From Chiloscyllium plagiosum (lineage: Eukaryota), in assembly GCF_004010195.1 (NCBI RefSeq), contig NC_057728.1:54914588-54978587 (forward strand): DNA of 64,000 bases, in the 5' to 3' direction. The notes beneath the pieces were generated by a model, which saw only the letters and a list, made by a program, of their open reading frames with translations, was not told the DNA's origin and made no database searches. Shown here piece by piece: positions 1 through 14,100 of the stretch (the first letter of the stretch is position 1; each line of letters opens with the position of its first letter). The position numbers and the translations under genes were made by a program.

Positions 1-220
1 GGGTTTGGAGGGATATGGGCCAGTTGCTGGCAGGTGGGACTAGATTGGGTTGGGATATCTGGTCGGCGTGAATGGGTTGGAATGAAGAGTCTGTTTCTAT
101 GCTGTACACCTCTATGACTCTATGACTAAGTGGGACTAGAATAGTTTAGGATATCTGTTCGGCATGGACGAGTTGGACCGAAGGGTCTGTTTCCGTGCTG
201 TACGTCTCTATGACTCTATA
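1..220 (+). mobile_element. Two adjacent CR1/HER1 LINE 3' ends
   Basis: HER1-type 3' UTR (GGACCGAAGGGTCTGTTTCC) twice, each ending in (CTCTATGA)n. Confidence 0.8.
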
Positions 221-489
221 TATCAGGACACGTCTTTGTACCTTGGCGAAACATTGTCAGTTAATTATTAATTGCACAGAAAATAAAATTTCTCATGTAC
301 CTCATTAAAGAATTAAGACTGGGTCATTGATCCATGCAATTAGCTTCACTAAAGTTTATTTCAATTGAATAATTCATTTTGATTAGTATTTTCAATATAT
401 TGATTGTGTATCACTTGTCAGGGAAATGCAGCAAAGAAAACTGATTACAGCAAAACCACCACTAAATATTAACAAGTATCTCAAAAATA

Positions 490-1470
490 CAAGAATATCA
501 TGGAGTTGTTACAGCACAAAAGGAGACAATTCAGCCTATTGTGCCTGCACCTACTCTTCAAATGAGCAGCAATACCTTGTGCCAATTTCCTGTCTTTTCC
601 CCATATCCTTGCACACAATTTCTATCCAAATAATCAACGAATGCCCTCTTGAACACCTCAGTTAGTTTTGCCTTCCCCAAATTTCCAGGCGTGCATTCTG
701 TACCTCCTTCCTGCTTCCTTTTGCATATCACTTTAATCCAATGTTGTCTTGTTCGTGAGTGGCAACAGCTTCTCCTCATTTTCTGCTCATGAGTTAGGAA
801 ACTTTGATCAAATCTCTTCTCAACCTTCTTCTCTCCAAACAGAACAATCCCAACTTCTAAAATCTATCTTCAAAACTGAAGTTTCTCATTCCTGGAACTA
901 TTCCCATTTTTTATGTTTTGCTTTTACATTTTTCCTATTTTGTGGCACCCAGAACTGCACGCAATACTCCGGCTAAAGTCGAACATGTGTCTTATGCAAG
1001 TTCAACGTACCTCCTTGCTCTTGTGTCCCTCTCTTATAAAGTCAAGAGTGCTGACATTATGAACTGCTGCTCTTCATTTGTCTTGCAACCTTCAATGATC
1101 TGTGTACATATGTATTCTGTTCCTGCACCCCCATTAGAAATGTATTTTCTTACAAAGTGCATCATCTGTCATTTGTCTCCCTACTCCACCAACTTGTCAA
1201 TGTGCTTTTTGGAGTTCCACACTGTCCTCCTCACAGTCTGCAATTCTTTACAAATTTTGCATCATCTCCAAACTTTGAAATTGTCGTCTGCACATCAAGA
1301 TCCAGGTCAATAATATATATAGGAAAAGCAAGGTTCCCAATATTGGCTGGGGAACGCCAACAGAAACATTCCTCAAGCCCAAATATCCATCAATCATATT
1401 CTCTGTTTCCTATCACTTTGTATCCACATTGCTATTGTCTCTTTTATTCCATGACTTATAATTTTGAAAA
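490..1470 (-). mobile_element. Old CR1-type LINE fragment
   Basis: Degenerate reverse-strand RT C-terminus/3' UTR resembling the other CR1 copies in the window. Confidence 0.55.
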
Positions 1471-1499
1471 GCTCTAGGTCTCCTGTGTATACCTGTATG

Positions 1500-1890
1500 A
1501 CTTTCATCCCAGTCTCAGTTCTTATGCTGCTGAAACACTCATTTATACCTTCCTTACCTCTAGACATTACTATTCCAATATCCTCCTGACTGGTTTCTCT
1601 CCATAAACTTGAAATAATCAAAAACTTTGTTGCACGTGACTTAACTTGCAATAGGTCCTGTTCCACTACCATCTCTGTGCTTGCTAATCTACCTTCCCTC
1701 CCAGTCAAGGAACACGTGATTTTTAAAATTCTTGTACTTGTTCATAAATCTTTCCATAGCTTGGACCCTCCCTACATTTGTAATTTCCTTCAGCCCCACA
1801 ACATATTTGCAGTTCTTCAATTCTTGCCTCTTGTGCATTCCCAATTATAATTGTTCCACCATTCATCCCTCCTTAGTTGCCCCCTTAAAA
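1500..1890 (+). mobile_element. L2-clade LINE 3' fragment
   Basis: Degenerate coding similar to the L2 C-terminal motif (…LPVK…FKILVLVHKSFHSLDPPYICN…). Confidence 0.6.
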
Positions 1891-2186
1891 CACACAAAAT
1901 TATTAATATGATGTAGTTGTTGTTACATGTGCAATGCCTTGGAACTGCATAATTTCACAGTTCACCAAACCTAAGTGAAATAAATGAAGAAGAAAGGAAC
2001 TCAGGAATTATATTGTAAAATGCATCTGTTCTATGAAATGTAACGTTAAAGCATTTGGTTGAATTTTGCTCTGTAATGTAAAGCAACAGTACTTAATAAC
2101 AAGAGTATAAAGAGTTAGACTATAGGTTCGAAATGTAATGATTGAATATTAAAACAAGCAAGTCAAAAATTTGACTTTTGACTTAC

Positions 2187-5100
2187 ATGGGATCAGATAC
2201 AATCGTACACAAATCACGGAGGTTTCCACTCATTTCCAGATGCCAAGGTAGCTCTTGGTAAAGTTTCAGGGTGTATTTCTGCTGTGCAAGGTACTCTTTA
2301 AATAGCTGGTGACTGAGGGTCTTTTTATGGTTGAAATGATTTTGATAAGAGTTTGAAGTAGATTCATTGACTGGAGCAATTACACCTACAATTTAGAACA
2401 AGAGACATAGAAATGAGCATAATTATTTTTAACAGTCAGTTATAAGCACATTTTCACTGCCCTTAAATAGACTTTGATTCAATTCTATGAACATGTAAGT
2501 ACATTAAAAACTCGTGTAAAAGTCGATACCATGTAAAAGTTGACAGCTTATTTTTGGTCAAAAATCTTTTATTTTCCATATATTTCAAGTAAAAGTCAAT
2601 CCTACTATATCACCACTATAGACTTTGGAGTGCAGGTTCATGGCTCCTTGAAAGTGGAGTTGCAGATAGATAGGATAGTGAAGAAGGCTTTTGGTATGCT
2701 TTCCTTTATTGGTCAGAGTATTGAGTACAGGAGTTGGGAGGTCATGTTACGGCTGTACAGGACATTGGTTAGGCCACTGTTGGAATATTGCATGCAATTC
2801 TGGTCTCCTTCCTATCAGAAAGATGTTGTGAAACTTGAAAGGGATCAGAAAAGATTTACAAGGATGTTGCCAGGGTTGGAGGATCTGAGCTACAGGGAGA
2901 GGCTGTACAGGCTGGGGCTGTTTTTCCTGGAGCGTCCGAGGCTGGTTTGGAGGGATATGGGCCGGATGCTGGCAGGTGGGACTAGGTTGGGTTGGGATAT
3001 CTGGTCGGCATGGATGGGCTGGACCAATGGGTCTGTTTCCATGCTGTACACCTCTATGACTCTACTATATCACATTATAAACCACTTACAAAGGAAACTA
3101 CCTGTTCTCAATAACCCAATTAAACAAAATCACATTCATTCATTCATACTGGTAACTTTACTCATCACTCTTTGTTTACTATATTGCGTCTATTCACTCA
3201 TTACTCTACTTACCCACTTAGTTTACTATAGCACATTTTGATTCATTCATTCATTGAGACCGGTACTAAGTCTATCGGTACTTATCGCACTTTGTTCACT
3301 ATACATCCAAAAGTTAATGTCGTTAAAAAGTTAATCGTTTTAATTGTGCCATTATATCTGAATAAAAGTTAATGTTGCTGAGGTTCATAATATACGAGAG
3401 TAAATGGGAGGGAAATGGAAGAATTTGGTGGGAAAGTTCAAGACGCTTACAGATTCAGAATTTAATAAATGTTTCATTTTAAGTGTGCAATTATACCAAG
3501 CCATGATGTTGCTCAACAGTGTGATTTTGCAAGATTTTAATGAATCTTTGACATGTTAAATTTTCGTATCTGTATGTATAAATCTACTACCAGTGATTCA
3601 TTTTTGTTTCTCTTGCTTTTATCCTGTAATTATCTTTCCTGCAATTCATTCTGTTTCCCTTCTTTACGCAGGATTAGTTGTGCAATCAAATTGACTTCTG
3701 CTACTTAAACGGTATTTCAAGCTACAGCATGATATTTAGCCCCTCAAAACTCGTGACCTTGTATTAGACAAACCCTATAAATTGAACCTTTAAAAATAGT
3801 CTAAATAAATTTGACTTTTACACCAATATATATGGTAAATTTGTTGGACTACAATTTTAATCTCTGCAAATAGAAATACCTTAGTGTTCTTAATTAAATA
3901 GTAATATAATAATTAATACAGTTATTGGTATTTTTGCAAATTGTCCTGATGAATGCAAGATGAAAAGCTTTGACAAAATTAGTCTTTTCTTTCAACTACC
4001 AAACAACTATTTTAAATGTTCCTTTCCAATTTTAGCACGAGACTTTTTACCAAGAAGGAGACATTCCACAGCATCACGTATTGATTGGTGGGTGAAATTC
4101 AACAATCCATCTGGCCTTTCTTGTATCCATGCCATGGTGGCAGTCCGGAAGAGAGCCCAGTCAAAGCTACTGATCTCATTGGTGTCTTTGTAGCCTAGAT
4201 CTTTAAGAAGTTGTTGGATATCCTCCTCATTTAGTCCATAACGAGATACACTGAGCAGACAAAGGATGTCAACGACCCAGCCCTTCATACCTGAAACATG
4301 GAATTCCAGGAAATTAGGCATGCTTTTCTCTATAAACCATATCAACGCTGATAAATATAATCATCTCAATTTGACAATGCCTAATCTTCTATTTAAGGGA
4401 ATACATGTCGAATCTATGCTCTCATAACTTTTCCCTTTTGGCCCAAGTATCATTCTGGTGCATCTGCAAAGCACCTTCTCTAAGGTCAAAATATCATTCC
4501 TTAGGACCAAATGCAGTTCTCCAGATGCAGAGACCTTTTCTTACTGATTACTGATTGCATCATCCCTGCAATTTTTTCACCATGTTTTGATTGATTCTGA
4601 AATTGCATTCTCAAGATAACTTTAACAATAGGTGCCATTTCAGCTCAGATAATGCACTGAAGATGTGAGGTTAAAATCTGTCCGTGTCCCAATAGGTCAG
4701 ACTATTTCTAAAGTGGGAATTACAGAATCGTACATGGATTTATGCAGTTTTTCAGCAAAATAAAATGTAATTCTGCAAGTACAAATTCACCCCATAAATT
4801 TGTATGTGTGTAAATACAGGGGAGACCGAGGGTGTGCATGTGGGTGTGTGTGCGGGGATGAACTCACACACCCACATGCACACACTCACTCAGTCTCACC
4901 TGCACGCACATGCGTACACACACAAACACACACACACGTTTGTGGGGTGAATTTGTACTTGCAGAATTACATTTTATTTTGCTCAAAAACTGTATAAATT
5001 GATGTAAGTTTCTTCAATCCCACTGTAGAAATAGGATCAGTCTGACCTAACATTGGGACACAGACAGACTTTAACTTCACACCTTCACTGCATTGTCTGA

Positions 5101-8100
5101 GCTGAGATGGCACCTATGATTAAAGCTATCTTGAGAATGTAACTGTAAAAAAGTTCTGGGATTTACACATGAAGGAACCAAAACTAACATTATCATTCTA
5201 AAATATGAAAGACTTAAACTAAATTTGTTTAATATTACATCCCAAGACACTGCAATCCGATTGCTGTAAATTCTATGTCTTATGATTCTGCTCCACAACC
5301 ATCTGATGAAGAAAGCTAGCCTGTTGGATATGTACCTGTTGGTGTTGTGTCATTTTTAACTTTGTCCTCCCCGATCCAACACCAGCACCTCCAAATTATA
5401 ATACAAATATAAATCTCATTTGAAGAGTTTGACCTTGTGACTTGTTTATATTTATTTAATAAAGAAGTGAGGACGGGAACATTTTCTGGCTGTAACAAGC
5501 TGCTCCTTTTTTTTTTGAGGTATTTTAGGCATTGGAGGTGATTTCCTCGAATTCCAGGAGTGGCAATTGCTGTTTTATATGCTGTTGCATTATTTTGGAA
5601 CTTTGGAGAAAAAAAAATCAAAACAATGGCACTTTTAAAAGGGAGAGGAACAGACAAAGGCAGCAATTGTCAGGTCAGTGCAGAAGAGAGACAGAGAGAG
5701 AGAGGGGGAGAGAAACCTACACTGATAACTGACACAGCAGTGAACCTGTGCAGTTACAGCCTTTGCGGTTGAATTCATGTATTACTGGACATCAGAGTGC
5801 GACTAGGAAAATTAACAAACAGTGAAATTCACAACTGATCTTGGAGTAACCTGTTGGGAGAGGTCAAAGCACAGAAACAGATAAGTGAATACTTTTAAGT
5901 ATAGCCTTGCTGTAAATCTACAATGTGAGTACTGTGAGTTGGAGTGACAGTTAGAGGCAATGAGGAATTTACAAGAGCAAGGGGATGTGATGGATGGCAG
6001 TTATAGGAAGGGAAAAAAGTTCCAATACAGTCACATAGATGGGTTAACTCCAGGAAAGGTAAGAGAGGTAGGCAGGTAGTGCAGGAATCTTCTGTGGCAA
6101 TCACTTCCCTAGATTCTCACAGAGTTCTAGGGTACACCTAATCAGGTCCTTGGGATTTATCCACTTTTATGCATTTCAAGACATCCAGAATGTCCCCCTC
6201 TGTAATATGGACATTTTTCAAGATGTCACCATCTATTTCCCCACATTCTATATCTTCCATGTCCTTCTCCACAGTAAACACTGATGGAAAATACTCATTT
6301 AGTATCTCCCCCACCTACTGCGGTTCCACACAAAGATCACCTTGCTGATCTTTGAGGGGCCAAATTCTTTCCCTACTTACCCTTTTGTCCTCAATATATT
6401 TGTAAAAAAATCTTTGGAGTCTCTATTTGCCAAAGCTATGTCATGTCCCCTTTTGCCCTCCTGATTTTCCTCTTAAGTATATTCCTACTGCCGTTATATT
6501 TTTCTAAGGATTCATTTGATCTATCCTGTCTATACCTGACATATGCTTCCTTCGTTTTCTTAACCAAATCCTCATTTCTCTCGTCATCCAGCTTTCCCTA
6601 TACCTACCAGCTTTTCCTTTCATCCTAACAGGAATATACTCTCTTTGGACTCTCGTTATCTCATTTCTGAAGGCTTCCCATTTTCCAGCTGTTCCTTTAC
6701 CTGTGAACATCTGCCCCCAATCAGCTTTTGAAAGTTCTTGCCCTGTACCATTAAAATTAGCCTTCCTCCAATTTAGAACTTCAACTTTTAGATCTGGTCT
6801 ATCCTTTTCCATCACTATTTTAAAACTAATAGAATTACGGTAACTGGCCCCAAAGTGCTCCCCCCCGATACCTCAGTCACCTGCCCTGCCTTATTTCCCA
6901 AGAGTAAGTCATGTTTTGCACCTTCTCTAGTAGGTAATCCACATACTGAATCAGAAAACTTTCTTGTACAGACTTAAAATTTTCTCCATCTAAACACTAT
7001 GACAGTCCAGTCTATGTTTGGAAAGTTAAAATCCCCTACCATAACTATCCTATTATTCTCCCCTTGCTGAGATATTTGTATCATCAAGAGTCACAGGTGA
7101 GGTGCCGGAAGACTGGAGGTTGGCTAACTTGGTGCCACTATTTAAGAACAACTATGTAAGGACAAGCCAGTGAACTCTCGACCAGTGAGATTGTCAGTGG
7201 TTGGCAAGTGGTTAGAGGGAATCCTGATGTACATATATTTGGAGAGGCAAGGGCTGATTAGACATAGTCAACATGGCTTTATACATGGAAAATCATGTCT
7301 CATGAACTTGATTGAGTTTTTTGAAGAGGTAACAAAGAGAATTGATGAGGGCAGAGTGGTGGACATGATCCATATGGACTTCAGTAAGGCTTTCAACAAG
7401 GTTCCCCATGTGAGACTGGTTAGCAAGGTTAGATCTCATGGAATACAGAAAGAACTAGCCATTTGGATACAGAATTGCCTCAATAGAAGACAGAGGGTGG
7501 TGGTGGAGGGTTGGTTTTTGGACTGGAGGCCTGTGACTACTGGAGTGCCACAAGGATCTGTGCTGGGTCCACTATTTTTTGTCATTTATATAAATTATTT
7601 AGAATGTGAGCATAAGAGGTATAGTTAAGTTTGCAGATGACACCAAAATTGGAGGTGTCGTGGACAGTGAAAAAGGTTACGTCAGATTACAACAGGATCT
7701 TGATCAGATGGGCTGATGAGTGACAGATGGAGTTTAACTTAGATAAATGAGAGGTGCTATATTTTGGGAAAGCAAATCTTAGCAGGACCTATACACTTAA
7801 TGGTAAGGTCCTTGGAAGTGTTGCTAAACAAAAAGACCTTGGAGTGCAGGTTCATAGCTCCTTGAAAGTAGTGTTGCAGGTAGATAGGATAGTGAAGAGG
7901 GCATTTGGTATGCTTTCCTTTGTTGGACATAGTATTGAGTACAGGAGTTGGGAGGTCATGTTGCAGCTATACAGGACATTGGTTAGGCGACTTTTGGAAT
8001 ATTGCGTGCAGTTCTGGTCTCCTGTTGGGTAACTTGAAAGGGTTCAGAAAAGATTAACAAGGATGTTTCCAGGGTTGGAGAATTTGAGCTATAGGTAGAG

Positions 8101-11100
8101 GTTGAATAGGCTAGGGTTGTTATCCCTGGAGTGTTGGAGGCTGAGGGGTGATCTTATCGAAGTTTACAAAATCATGAGGGGCATGGATGGGATAAAGAGA
8201 CAAAGTCTTTACCCTGGGATGGGGGCAGTGCAGAACTAGAGGGCATAGGTTTAAGGTGAGAGGGGAAAGACATAAAAGAGACCTAAGGGGCAGCTTTTTC
8301 ACTTAGAGGGTGGTACGTGTATGGAATGAGCTGCCAGAGGAAGTGGTGGAAGGCTATTATAATTGCAACTTTAAAAAGCATCTGGATGGGTATATGAATA
8401 GGAAGGGTTTGGAGGGATATGGACCGGGTGCTGGCAAGGGAGACTAGATTAGGTTGGGATATCTGTTTGGCATGGACAAGTTGGACCAAAGGGTCTCTTT
8501 CCATGCTGTAAATCTCTATGTGTCTCTGACTCTCAGTCTAAACGGGATTTTTTTTGTCCTGAGTTCAAAAGACAGGTTTACATCTGATCAGGCGAGGAAT
8601 AAACAACTTATTTCCCTGGAATATGCCTGTTATAATTTCACCAAATAAAACAGCTTCCTAACTATTAATCTTGTTTCATGGCTAAGCCATTGTTTAGCTT
8701 CAAGTTTTATTGTAATACTATAGCTGCTCTTTCTTTGAGTCTGAAACTATGTGGTGGCAGTGGGGTTAGACTGTGTAGAAATTTTGTAGGATTTATTTAC
8801 TCCAGAATGAATGCTGTATTCTTTCCTAAATCGTTTTGCTCCAAATGATGTGATTTTTGAAGTTTAAGCCATAGAATAGTTATTAGTCATATATTGTCCC
8901 TGCCATTTTCCACACTTAACCATAACATTTACATAATCTCATTCACCAATCCCATACCAATTCTCCCTTTACTGCGATCCCCATTCTATGTCATTCTATC
9001 CTGTCCATGCCAACCCATCCCTTTCCTCGCTTCTCTGCTGTGCCAACACTATCTAGCTCTTCCCATTCTATTCATCAGCCAAAGTAAACTTGTTGTCATA
9101 TTATCCTGCACTGTTTTCATGTAATCTTTCACCAACACATGGGTCCCATCCCACACCCTGCCACTACAATCGCCAACTACTGGAAGCTGCATGTGAATCA
9201 CACACTCCAAGCCTCTGTGCATCTCATATACCTCGACATGTGCCAGGCTCTGGACCATAACCTGGTGTTGTGTGACTTCTGACCTTGTCCACCCCAACAC
9301 TGGCACCTTTCACAATTTTTTTTCACTTTTTATGCCAATTGTAACTTTTTACAGTCAGTTCTTACATTCCCCTCAAGCTTACCTCATACTCTATTTGCTC
9401 CTTTTTAATTATTGTCCTGAGTTTCCTTTGTTCCCTTCTAAACTATAGGTTTAGAAGGGAACCAATCCTCAGGTCTATTTTTTTTTGACAATTTATGTGC
9501 CACTTTTTTGCATCTTACACTATCTCTAACTTCCCTTGTGTACCATAGTTTGGCTGCTGTTAGCTTTGCACTATTGCGCCAAACAGGGATAAATAAGTTT
9601 TGTAGATCATTTATTTGCCCTTTGAATGTTTGCTTTTGCCTATCCACTCGCATTCCTTCAGTAACATTTCCCAATCCATCATAGCTATCTCACACCTTAG
9701 ATCATTAAGATTTAGTTCTGAAGAAGGGTCACTGGACCCAAAGTGTTAACTCTGCTTTCTCTCCACAGATGCTGCCTGACCTGCTGAGAATTTCTAACTA
9801 TTTCTGATTTTGATTAAGATTCAGAACCTTAGTCTCATAATCAACTACTGCACTTCCGCAACATATTGGTCCAAGAAACTATGCCCTATATACTATAGGA
9901 ATTGCTCCTCTACAGTATTGTGGCTAGGTTAATCTACTCAATCTGTACAGTTACCCATAATTACAAGTATTCCTTTACCACATACATCTCTGAATTCCTG
10001 CTTAATGTCATTCCCAACTTCACCACTACAGTCTGGTGGTCTATGTACTACCCCAACTAATATTTTTTGCCCCTTGGCACATCTCAATTCTAATCACATA
10101 TTCCATATTGTCTGAGCTAATTTCTTTCCTCAATGTTGTTTTTAAATACTTTTTAATCATTAATGAAATTCCACCACCTTTTTGGTGTCTGCCTTCCAAA
10201 ATACTGAACACCCCTGAATGTTCAGTTCCCATCCCTGCAACCATGTCTCTGTAATCCCAACTGTATCTAAGTGTTTTAAATATATTTGTGTGATTAATTT
10301 GTCCATTTTATTTCAAATGCTCTGTGTGTTCAGGCACAAAGCTTTAAGACTTGTCTTTTTAATGTTCCTTGACCCATTCCAACTATTTTTTAAGGCGACC
10401 TTGTTTGATTCTGGCCTTTGATTCCTCTGTGGATCATTTCTCTTCTTCTCTTTTCTGTCTTTTGCTCTTGTCCTTGATTTCTCTTCCTTTGACTCCTTGC
10501 ATAGCTTCCCAACCTCCTGCCAATATAGTTTAAATTGTCCCCAACCACTCTAGTAAATACTCTCCCTATGGCATTGGTCCCAATCCTTCACAGGTACAAC
10601 CTATCCAGTTTCTAAAAGTCGTACCTACCCCAGTCCCAATGCCTCAATTTCCTACTTTAAATGAAATTAATGACCCTAATGGGTTTTCATTGCAATCAAT
10701 AATAATTTACTTCTTTAATGCTAGATTTTTTTTGAATATTGAATTCAAATTTCACTATCTGCTCTGGTGGGATTCGAGTTCAAGTCTCCAGAACATTAAT
10801 CTCAGGCACTAGATTACTAACTCATTGACATTACCACTCTATCACTGTGTCCCCATCATACAGAAAGATATTGTGACTACGAGAGTAATAAGGAGTAATT
10901 CACCTCCTGACTCTCAAAGCCTGAGCACCATCTACAAAGTATAACTCAATAGTGTGATGGAATACTCCCCATGTGCTTGGATGAGTGCAGCCCCAACAAA
11001 AGTTTAACATAATCCAGGGCAAATTAGTCCATTTGATTGGCACCACATTCACAAGTGTGCAGTCAAATCGCCTCTCTTTATACGGATATTGTCGGGCTAT

Positions 11101-14100
11101 ACAGTGTTACTCAGATTTATTGATCATGGAAGGATCTATAACCCAAGTTCTAATTGCCAATTATAAGGCATGCCTGATGCTGCTCCTGGTATTCTCTACA
11201 ATACTTTATATTAAACATTGTTGGTCACCTGGTTTGTAATGTGGGAGGACTTTGCTGGTTTGGCAGACCTGAAATTAAGTGAGAACATAGTACTTTTTGA
11301 ATGATAGCCATCTTTGATCATTAAATGCTACGAAAGTAATATTATCTATTGCTTGGAAAAGAAATGAATTTGGCTTTCAAAGACAAATCAGAACACAAAA
11401 TAAAACAAAGCTGTAAATTTAATGCAAAAGATTCTATTATATAATGCAAAAGATTCTTTTATATAACACCTTACTCAAATTACATGTAAACATTGTGTAA
11501 ATTCATTTTGTTCTGTGGGCTCCATAAGCTTTGAGAATTCTTTTGTCATACACAACATATTTACTCACCTGAGATGGAAGAATGAGCACAGGAGTAAGAT
11601 ATTTCTTTTTCTCTGCTACAAGTTCTTTTCTCAGTAACCCAACTGTAGTCTTCAATCCACCGTTTGAATACAGCAGCCCACAAATCCTGAACAGAACGAC
11701 ACTGGAGATATTCCTCTAAACAATCAGTCTCATTTCTGAATGCTCCACACACTCTAAGTTCATTCGCCAAAATAACCAGGACAAGTGGAAGTGAGCTCAA
11801 TTTTCTACTCAGAATATTTTGGATTTGGTTTTCATTTATCTCTTTGTATGGCATGGCCAAATGCTGATGGAAGATATGGCTTCTGACTTTATCAGTAATT
11901 TTGTTGAAAAACTGAACCATATGTACTTCTTTATGCTTTAAAAGTGATTTGTAGGAAAGGTTGGATGATGCAGTGGTCACAATAAGCCTGCATTGATCTG
12001 GGAGGGGCCATGGAAGCCATGAGAATTTCTTAACCTGTAGAGACAAATACCATTACATTAGTTTATGTGATTAAATTAGGAAGCTTCATAAAATAAGCAT
12101 GGACTGTGCATATTAATTATTGAAAAGTGTACAGACATTTCTGCTTATAATCATTTTCAAAACTGTTTCAAAACATAAATCATTATGTTTTAAATATTGT
12201 TGTAATTGAACTTCCTCACATCAACGATGAGATTAAAATATTACTGTTAAAAACTATGCAGGTGTTGCTTGTTACAGTCAAACTCCTCATTCATTTCCTT
12301 ATCACTGAATATTACAAATGGATAGTCAAGGTTTCCACATCACCTCTGAACATTCATTTTAGTTTATATGAAGATTGGATTATTATGATCTTGAAGTTTG
12401 AGTCCTTATTTTTGAAAGCCATAAAATCTGTCTTATTACCAATTTGTCATTAATTGAATAATACCTGCTGTGCTGACATCCCACGGGACCCAGTTAGTTG
12501 ATCAACACCATCTAGCACAAGCAAACATGGTTTTAAACTAATTGCTGCTATGAAGGCTTTGTGAATCATCTGAAATACCCAAAGGTCTGCAGGATTCTCA
12601 CTGAATGTATCAGGGTGATCTTCTGCTCCTGAAATTCAATTATAAAAATGTTTTGTATTCACTATGCAGCATTTTGTTCATTTTTCAATGAGCTACATCA
12701 CATTTTGTTGCTCATTGACAGCAATAAAATTCTATTTTCAATATTAGTCCAATTTTAACTTGTGCTGAGAAATAGAGATGGGAGGGTCAAAGAGCATATT
12801 GAACAATCCAGTATCCCCACAGCATGAGGACCATGTCACCTTAGCACTGAGTACTTTCTATCTAAAATGAGCATGAATGGTGTCACTGAGATCAAAGTTG
12901 TCCACTAACTAAGGTATTTCGGACCAGTGGTTCTATTGCATATAGAGCTATTCTTCTTGACTGCAGCCCCCAACCTGGTATAATGCTTGAAACTGTATTA
13001 GGACTCTCACTTATATCAGTAAAATTTAACCAAGGTCTTGGCCACACTTATGATTTGGAGATGTCAGTGTTGGACTGTGGTTGACAACCACCTGATGAAG
13101 GTGCTTCCAATTAAACCTGTTGGATCATAACCTGGTGTTGCATGATTTTTAACTTTGGCCACACTTGGATTATTTCCAATGTGATGAGTGTTGCATTCTC
13201 AGCATGTTTTAAATATGTGCTTGCTTGCCATAGTGTTGGAGGCTTTGGCATCCCTTTAGCACTTGGGAAATTGTTAATGTGCCATTACAACTCTAGGCTA
13301 GGTCTGTGGGCTTGTCGAGAAACACATTGTTTATGCTTTTTGACTGACAAATAATAGATCTTAACAAGGTCCGTAAATCTTTACAAGCATGACTATTAAA
13401 ATGACAAAATTATGAACAGGCTGTGTTCATCAAAACCAATGAACCATTAAAACCATGCACTTACCAAAATATTCATGGCGTAATTTTAAAATACAGTGCC
13501 TCATGAAGGACATGATGTCGTGGCTAGCAGAACTACTTCCCACAAAGTGATTTATCACCAGAATGCTTGGATTTGTCTGTGTGAAGTATTTTAGCCAGTT
13601 GCAGATCACTGTTGACTTTCCACAGCCTTTCTCTCCGCAAAGTAATAGGACAGATTTGCCCTTGGGCACAGGCTTTAATCGACTAGTTAAATAGAGAGAA
13701 AAAAATCAGAAAGAGATCATCTATTGCCCTGTAGCCATTTTTACCCACTTCCCACCTGATGTATTACTTTAGCATGTCGGCCAAGGAGATTCCATGCAGC
13801 AGCTAATAAACTGTTTAATATAGATTTCTTGGTGCTGATCATCATAAAAGGGAACACTTGTTCCAAATGTTCTTGATCTAACCTTTGAAAAGATTTCAGC
13901 TGTGTACTGTCTCTTAAAAAAGTATTGCTCCTTCCCTGTAATTTGTGAATTGTTACATAAAGAACTCTTATCTGATTGCTTGTTTAAAACAAATGATGCA
14001 TGCCTTTTCATCCAGTTGTTTAGAAATAAGTTTAAGAATGGAAAAAAACACCAACTGTTTAATATATAAATTATCAACAAATATACTTCTATCCCTTATT

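Noticed and set aside
2540-3241. 233-aa ORF
   Set aside because: Chimeric read-through of a truncated, internally deleted CR1 fragment and flanking AT-rich DNA; bounded by a TSD; not a host gene.
3130-3375. Short recurring motifs (CATT)n and AAAAGTTAAT x3
   Set aside because: Low-complexity AT-rich intronic sequence without regular periodicity or other support.
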